A stretch of DNA of 64,000 nt, taken from positions 608,001 through 672,000 of the forward strand of contig CAVPBK010000006.1 of NCBI GenBank assembly GCA_963701855.1, in the 5' to 3' direction. Below, piece by piece: positions 59,779-64,000 of the stretch. How positions within the stretch are numbered: the stretch's first letter is position 1; the number at the start of each line of letters is the position of its first letter. The notes beneath the pieces are model-generated. The model did not search any database, was not told where the DNA came from, and was given only the letters and a program-made list of their open reading frames with translations. Position numbers and translations under genes: made by a program. Source of the DNA: Nitrospirota bacterium (GTDB lineage: Bacteria; Nitrospirota; Nitrospiria; Nitrospirales; Nitrospiraceae).

Positions 59779-60399
59779 TCAGACGGGCAATCTTGTTCCT
59801 TCGAGCACCTCCCGGAGTTCTTGATACACCATCGTAAGCCGGGCATTCTCCAGCCGATACGCAAATACGACCGTAATGGCTCCTGAGAGTAAGAAAACAA
59901 CTCCCAGTCCTATAATCCCCACCGCCAACACTACTCCACCGGATGCCGTCATTTCTCCCTCGATGAACAACGAGATCACAGCCCCCACCGTACCCACCGC
60001 CACCACGGCAAACCAGATACCGGTGAGAAGAGCTGAAGACCAGGGAGTGAGCTTTCGGCAGAGCACCGCGAGCGCGTCGCCTTCCGGAGACAGGGAGATC
60101 AACCCTTTCAATGGCCACAGGGTTCGGAAGCCTAGGGCGAATAGCCGATATTTCTGACGAATCACAATCTGGTTCAGATCCTGATACAGCCGGGCGGTGC
60201 CATGCGGCAATGTCAAGAAACCGCCGGCATCAAACCGGTCCGCCAGCTGCTTCATGGTCGTATGCGTGAATCGGTCGTGCGTGCGGGCAATTCCACATCC
60301 ATACCGGCTCGCATCCGGCGTGAGACGCATGAAGTAGAACCAGTCTCCAAGAATAAGGCCGAGACACAACGCACCGGCGAAGAGGCCAGCGAAGATCAT
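59779..60399 (-). CDS. hypothetical membrane protein
   Basis: Three hydrophobic segments. Confidence 0.7.
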   Translation of the reverse strand: MIFAGLFAGALCLGLILGDWFYFMRLTPDASRYGCGIARTHDRFTHTTMKQLADRFDAGGFLTLPHGTARLYQDLNQIVIRQKYRLFALGFRTLWPLKGLISLSPEGDALAVLCRKLTPWSSALLTGIWFAVVAVGTVGAVISLFIEGEMTASGGVVLAVGIIGLGVVFLLSGAITVVFAYRLENARLTMVYQELREVLEGTRLPV

Positions 60400-60458
60400 G
60401 CTTGTACCTATCCCATAGGGGCCACAGGTGAATCAAGGGACGGAACCGAGATAATTTG

Positions 60459-60487
60459 TTGACTCGTCGCAATGAGTTGGCTACAGT
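60459..60487 (+). promoter_or_regulatory. candidate sigma70 promoter
   Basis: TTGACT-N17-TACAGT. Confidence 0.55.
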
Positions 60488-60637
60488 AGCCCGACGTGTT
60501 GTTCAGGCGGGTCCCCTCGCTCCACTCAGGTGCTCCGCCGCACAAAATTTCCCTTTCCTGTAGTTGCGGCAGTCGACTCATCCCTCGCGTGTCGAGGAAC
60601 GCAAGTCGCCTATCTATAATGTGGAGTCGGAGGTGAT

Positions 60638-61369
60638 ATGGATTTAGCAAAGATCGAGCGCGTCTATACATCATACGCTAAGATCTACGATCGGGTTTTC
60701 GGGAAAGTGTTTCACGAAGGGCGCCAGTCGATCATTCAGAATTTAAACGTCCAGCCTCATGAAAAAATCCTCGAAGTGGGAGTCGGAACCGGCTTGGCCC
60801 TGCCGATGTACCCCCGCCATTGCCAGATCGTCGGCATCGATTTTTCAGAAGGCATGCTGGATCAAGCGAAGCAGAAAGCGGAAGAACACCGGATGGGCCA
60901 CGTACAATTGCACCGAATGGATGCCGGCGAGATGGAATTCAAAGACGATAGTTTCGATACCGTCGTCGCGGCCTACGTTGTTACTGCTGTTCCCGACTAC
61001 CGCAAGGTGGTCAGTGAAATGATTCGCGTCTGCCGACCCGGCGGACGGATCATCATGCTGAATCACTTCGCCAACGACAATAAGGTCATCGCCGCTGTAG
61101 AGAGAGTGCTTTCTCCTCTCACGAAGCACTTAGGGTGGCGCACGGACCTGGCACTCCAAACCGTGCTGGATGGGACGCCGCTGCACGTCGCCAGGAAGCA
61201 AAATGTGAATCCGTTGCGGCTCTGGGCCTTGGTGGAATGTGTGAACAAGAAGAACGTAAACGGCAAGACACACATCAACGGCGTGAAAAACGGCAACGGC
61301 ACCGCGGCCTACGCACACATCAACGGCACCCGTCTGTCGGAACAGGCCAGCGGACAAGCGCTAGTCTAG
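60638..61369 (+). CDS. class I SAM methyltransferase, phosphatidylethanolamine N-methyltransferase (PmtA)-like
   Basis: YDRVFG, LEVGVGTG, RVCRPGG, NHF; RBS GGAGGTGA. Confidence 0.8.
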   Translation: MDLAKIERVYTSYAKIYDRVFGKVFHEGRQSIIQNLNVQPHEKILEVGVGTGLALPMYPRHCQIVGIDFSEGMLDQAKQKAEEHRMGHVQLHRMDAGEMEFKDDSFDTVVAAYVVTAVPDYRKVVSEMIRVCRPGGRIIMLNHFANDNKVIAAVERVLSPLTKHLGWRTDLALQTVLDGTPLHVARKQNVNPLRLWALVECVNKKNVNGKTHINGVKNGNGTAAYAHINGTRLSEQASGQALV

Positions 61370-61421
61370 TCTCGTTTGTCTGGTTCAATCAGACAAACGA
61401 GACAAACCAAATAAACTAAAT
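61365..61421. repeat. 9-mer repeat hairpin between convergent genes
   Basis: GTCTCGTTTGTCTGGTTCAATCAGACAAACGAGAC, near-perfect stem. Confidence 0.75.
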
Positions 61422-61451
61422 ACCTGCCTTGTTCCGCCTTGCCTTTTCGCC

Positions 61452-62270
61452 CTACACATCAGCCCCGCGTTGCTGTTCAAATGATTTCCAATTCTGCCAT
61501 TCCCCGCCTGGAATAATCGTATTGCCCACCAAACACTGTCCGGAGAACCGTTGAGCGATCAGGTCAGCCAGGAGTGAAAGCAATTGACCAGTACGGCGAT
61601 CCTGCACTCCACGGACCCGCAGCACCACGCCGAACCCTGGCCCATCGAGCGGCCCGTACAACATACAGTGAACCCCTGTGGCATTCATTGTTCCCTGCAT
61701 CGACGCCGGAAGCAGATCCCCTTCCCACTGAATGGAAGGATGACGCCCGGATGACGAAGTAGTGGCCCGCCAGGCACAGGGAACACCCGCCACATCCAGC
61801 TCCGCCAAGAGCCATGTGACCGTCGGCCAATCCGGCATCTCACTTTGAAAGGTCCATTGAGCCACCTGTTCCAGCGACAGGGGTTCGAGGCTCGGCGCCG
61901 CCACTTCCTCCAATTGCGCTTCCTCGCACACCACATAGAGTTCGCCCTGCGGATCGAACCAGAAACGCAATCTCCCGTCGGTCAACTCCGCTTGGATCAC
62001 CCCCAGCGTCGAGCAATCGGCTCCTTCCTGTTCAAAGATCGCGAAATCTGTCACGCCGGTCATCGTGAGTTTCGCGACGCGAACCATCTGACGAATACGA
62101 TAGCGGATCACGACCGTGACCGCGGTCCCCGCCGGCACCTCGCGGCCCGACGCTTCATCCAACAGCCGTCGCTTCGACACCTGCACATCCGTCACATAGC
62201 CCCCGCGAAACCCGCCAGTGTGTCCCAGCAGCCAGCGCAAATCCTCGATATTCACAACATGATATTTCAT
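61452..62270 (-). CDS. hypothetical protein
   Basis: 272 aa ORF filling the gap; no recognised motif. Confidence 0.7.
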   Translation of the reverse strand: MKYHVVNIEDLRWLLGHTGGFRGGYVTDVQVSKRRLLDEASGREVPAGTAVTVVIRYRIRQMVRVAKLTMTGVTDFAIFEQEGADCSTLGVIQAELTDGRLRFWFDPQGELYVVCEEAQLEEVAAPSLEPLSLEQVAQWTFQSEMPDWPTVTWLLAELDVAGVPCAWRATTSSSGRHPSIQWEGDLLPASMQGTMNATGVHCMLYGPLDGPGFGVVLRVRGVQDRRTGQLLSLLADLIAQRFSGQCLVGNTIIPGGEWQNWKSFEQQRGADV

Positions 62271-62381
62271 AATAGAATTGCTCGCGAACTCCGAACGATC
62301 TTAGCAGACTTCAGAAAAACCATTTCAACTCAACAGAACTTCGATGGACAGCACTTCTAGAATGAGAGAAGGGCTCCTCAA

Positions 62382-62505
62382 GGAGAACGCTCAAAAATTC
62401 CGTCCAGCAAGGCCGCAGCGAGCGAAGAGGCGAGGCGTACGCTTCGGTACGTTGAGTCTCTGAGCGATGCGAGAACGCCGCTGGCGGATTTTTTCAGCGT
62501 TCTCC
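62382..62505. mobile_element. family A element with variant ends
   Basis: GGAGAACGCTCAAAAA...TTTTTCAGCGTTCTCC; core GGCGTACGCTTCGGTACGTTGAG. Confidence 0.75.
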
Positions 62506-62708
62506 TAGAATAAGGGTTGTTGCTGCTTAAGCCCCTCCACCTGACGCTCCAGCTCCTCGACGCGATCCTGCAGGCGGGTATTCTCGATCCGAAGTAAGTC
62601 CAAGCGATCCAAGAGTTGCTCTCGCTGAATCTCCGTCCACTCCAGCGTTCGTTTCAACCCCTCCAGCTCAAACTGGATCTGTTGCTGTTCCTCAGTTGGA
62701 AACGACAT
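62505..62708 (-). CDS. small coiled-coil protein
   Basis: RBS GGAGGA, 67 aa heptad pattern. Confidence 0.7.
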   Translation of the reverse strand: MSFPTEEQQQIQFELEGLKRTLEWTEIQREQLLDRLDLLRIENTRLQDRVEELERQVEGLKQQQPLF

Positions 62709-62723
62709 GTGTCCTCCGACTGA

Positions 62724-62848
62724 CAGGCTGTTGAAATAGCCCGCCAGTTTCGTTCTCGGCTCATCGAAATCCTCAACGTACCCCAGAGGGTACGCCTCCG
62801 GTTTCGACTCGCCTGCGGCCTTGCTGAACGGCCTTTTTGAACAGCCTG
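62724..62848. mobile_element. family A element
   Basis: CAGGCTGTTGAAA...TTTGAACAGCCTG. Confidence 0.78.
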
Positions 62849-63038
62849 CGATGCTGCTGGAACCGCCTATGACTTCCTCAACCCTGCTAGTATAAATCCT
62901 GGAAACCCAGGCGTCCATCACGACTTTCGGCAATGAGACAGCCCTTGCCGTCACTACTGCAACCGTGTATGTTTCAGTCTAAAAGAGCCACAGCCTACGA
63001 ATAGGTATCATTCATCATCGATACACGAGATCTATTGG

Positions 63039-63722
63039 ATGCGCGCAGTCTGTCTAACGCATGTTCCCTTTGAAGGGCCCGGAGCCTTCGCGACGGCACT
63101 GACTGAACGCGGTGTGAGCCTGGAACGTTATCTCGTTCCACAAGACGGACTGCCCAAAGATGCGGGGGATCTCTTGATCGTCATGGGTGGACCAATGTCG
63201 GTGAACGATCCCGATCGGTGGATTGCGGAGGAGACATCGTTTATTCGGTCAGCGCTTCACGCCGGCACACCTGTGATCGGCGTGTGCCTAGGCAGCCAGT
63301 TCATGGCGAAGGCGTTGGGTGCCATCATACGTTCTGGTAAGGCCTTGGAAATCGGCATGACACCGGTTAGGCTGACGGCTGAGGCGAAACAGGACCCGGT
63401 TTTCAGCACGCTGCCTGAGTCATTCGAAGTCTTCGAGTGGCATGGCGAAGTGTTCGACCTCCCCAAAGACTCTGTGCCTTTGGCCGGCTCCGACATCGCC
63501 CCGCTGCAAGCCTTCCGCTATGCCGCTCGCGCCTACGGGCTTCTATTTCATTTGGAGATGGAAGAGAACGGAATTGAATCCTTGTCCCGAGAGTGTGCGC
63601 CGGATCTCACGAAAGCACGCTTGACCGCGCACCATGTGAAAACGGCAGCCCTCCCCCATCTACCGCAACTCCATCAGATGGCCGATCGGCTGATCGGCCA
63701 TCTGCTTGATTCTCGGCGTTGA
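63039..63722 (+). CDS. type 1 glutamine amidotransferase
   Basis: MGGPMSV, GVCLGSQ, WHGE, FHLE. Confidence 0.9.
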   Translation: MRAVCLTHVPFEGPGAFATALTERGVSLERYLVPQDGLPKDAGDLLIVMGGPMSVNDPDRWIAEETSFIRSALHAGTPVIGVCLGSQFMAKALGAIIRSGKALEIGMTPVRLTAEAKQDPVFSTLPESFEVFEWHGEVFDLPKDSVPLAGSDIAPLQAFRYAARAYGLLFHLEMEENGIESLSRECAPDLTKARLTAHHVKTAALPHLPQLHQMADRLIGHLLDSRR

Positions 63723-63871
63723 TTACCTCCTTGTTCCTGAAGTAGTCTTAGTCCCTTGTCGAAAAACTCGAATGTCATCAAGTCAAACGTCTGCCAGAAT
63801 CCGTATGACTTGAAGACTTGATGACCTGACGACTTTAGGACCGATTGATTTACGAAAGGAGAGCGTCGGAC

Positions 63872-64000
63872 ATGTCTGGTTTTCCCATTGAAGTTGCCAC
63901 GCGAATCAAGACACTGCCTCCTTATCTGTTCGCCGCCATCGATACGATGAAGCAAGCCGCGATTGCGAAAGGCGTCGATATCATCAATCTTGGCATCGGC
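63872..64000 (+). CDS. dapL: LL-diaminopimelate aminotransferase, 5' part
   Basis: RBS AAGGAG; RIKTLPPYLFAAID...GVDIINLGIG; truncated by the window edge. Confidence 0.75.
   Translation, partial: MSGFPIEVATRIKTLPPYLFAAIDTMKQAAIAKGVDIINLGIG

Overview
Chromosomal window of a bacterium, most likely Nitrospira (inferred from gene content, protein style and repeat families; not provable here). The housekeeping backbone comprises mpg, a DHS-family gene, htrA, a Cu ATPase, dsbA, lolA, ftsK, rsmA, pdxA, larC, larB, gpsA, truD, an ABC exporter, a pmtA-like gene and the start of dapL. Three small accessory islands interrupt it. (1) ~5-10.4 kb: ilvA with an Ile-rich leader-peptide attenuator, a broken DUF3800 gene, IS3 relics and secreted-protein genes. 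(2) ~25.3-26.9 kb: an orphan integron-type DUF3800 cassette fused to a truncated two-gene module. (3) ~47.4-50.4 kb: a PaeR7I/XhoI-type R-M system and an MntA gene with a truncated HepT. Highlights: a nickel axis (nikR-DUF3842-TonB receptor-DUF4198 with a candidate NikR box; larB/larC without larA in the window, close to a split ArgZ/AgrE-type arginine dihydrolase plus ornithine cyclodeaminase pair); a histidine kinase lacking its phospho-acceptor His; and a dense, modular population of structured non-coding repeats. These repeats have covarying stems, often abut stop codons, and in one case appear to supply the rsmA start codon. No rRNA, tRNA or CRISPR array was recognised. All calls come from reading the sequence by eye; no searches were run.
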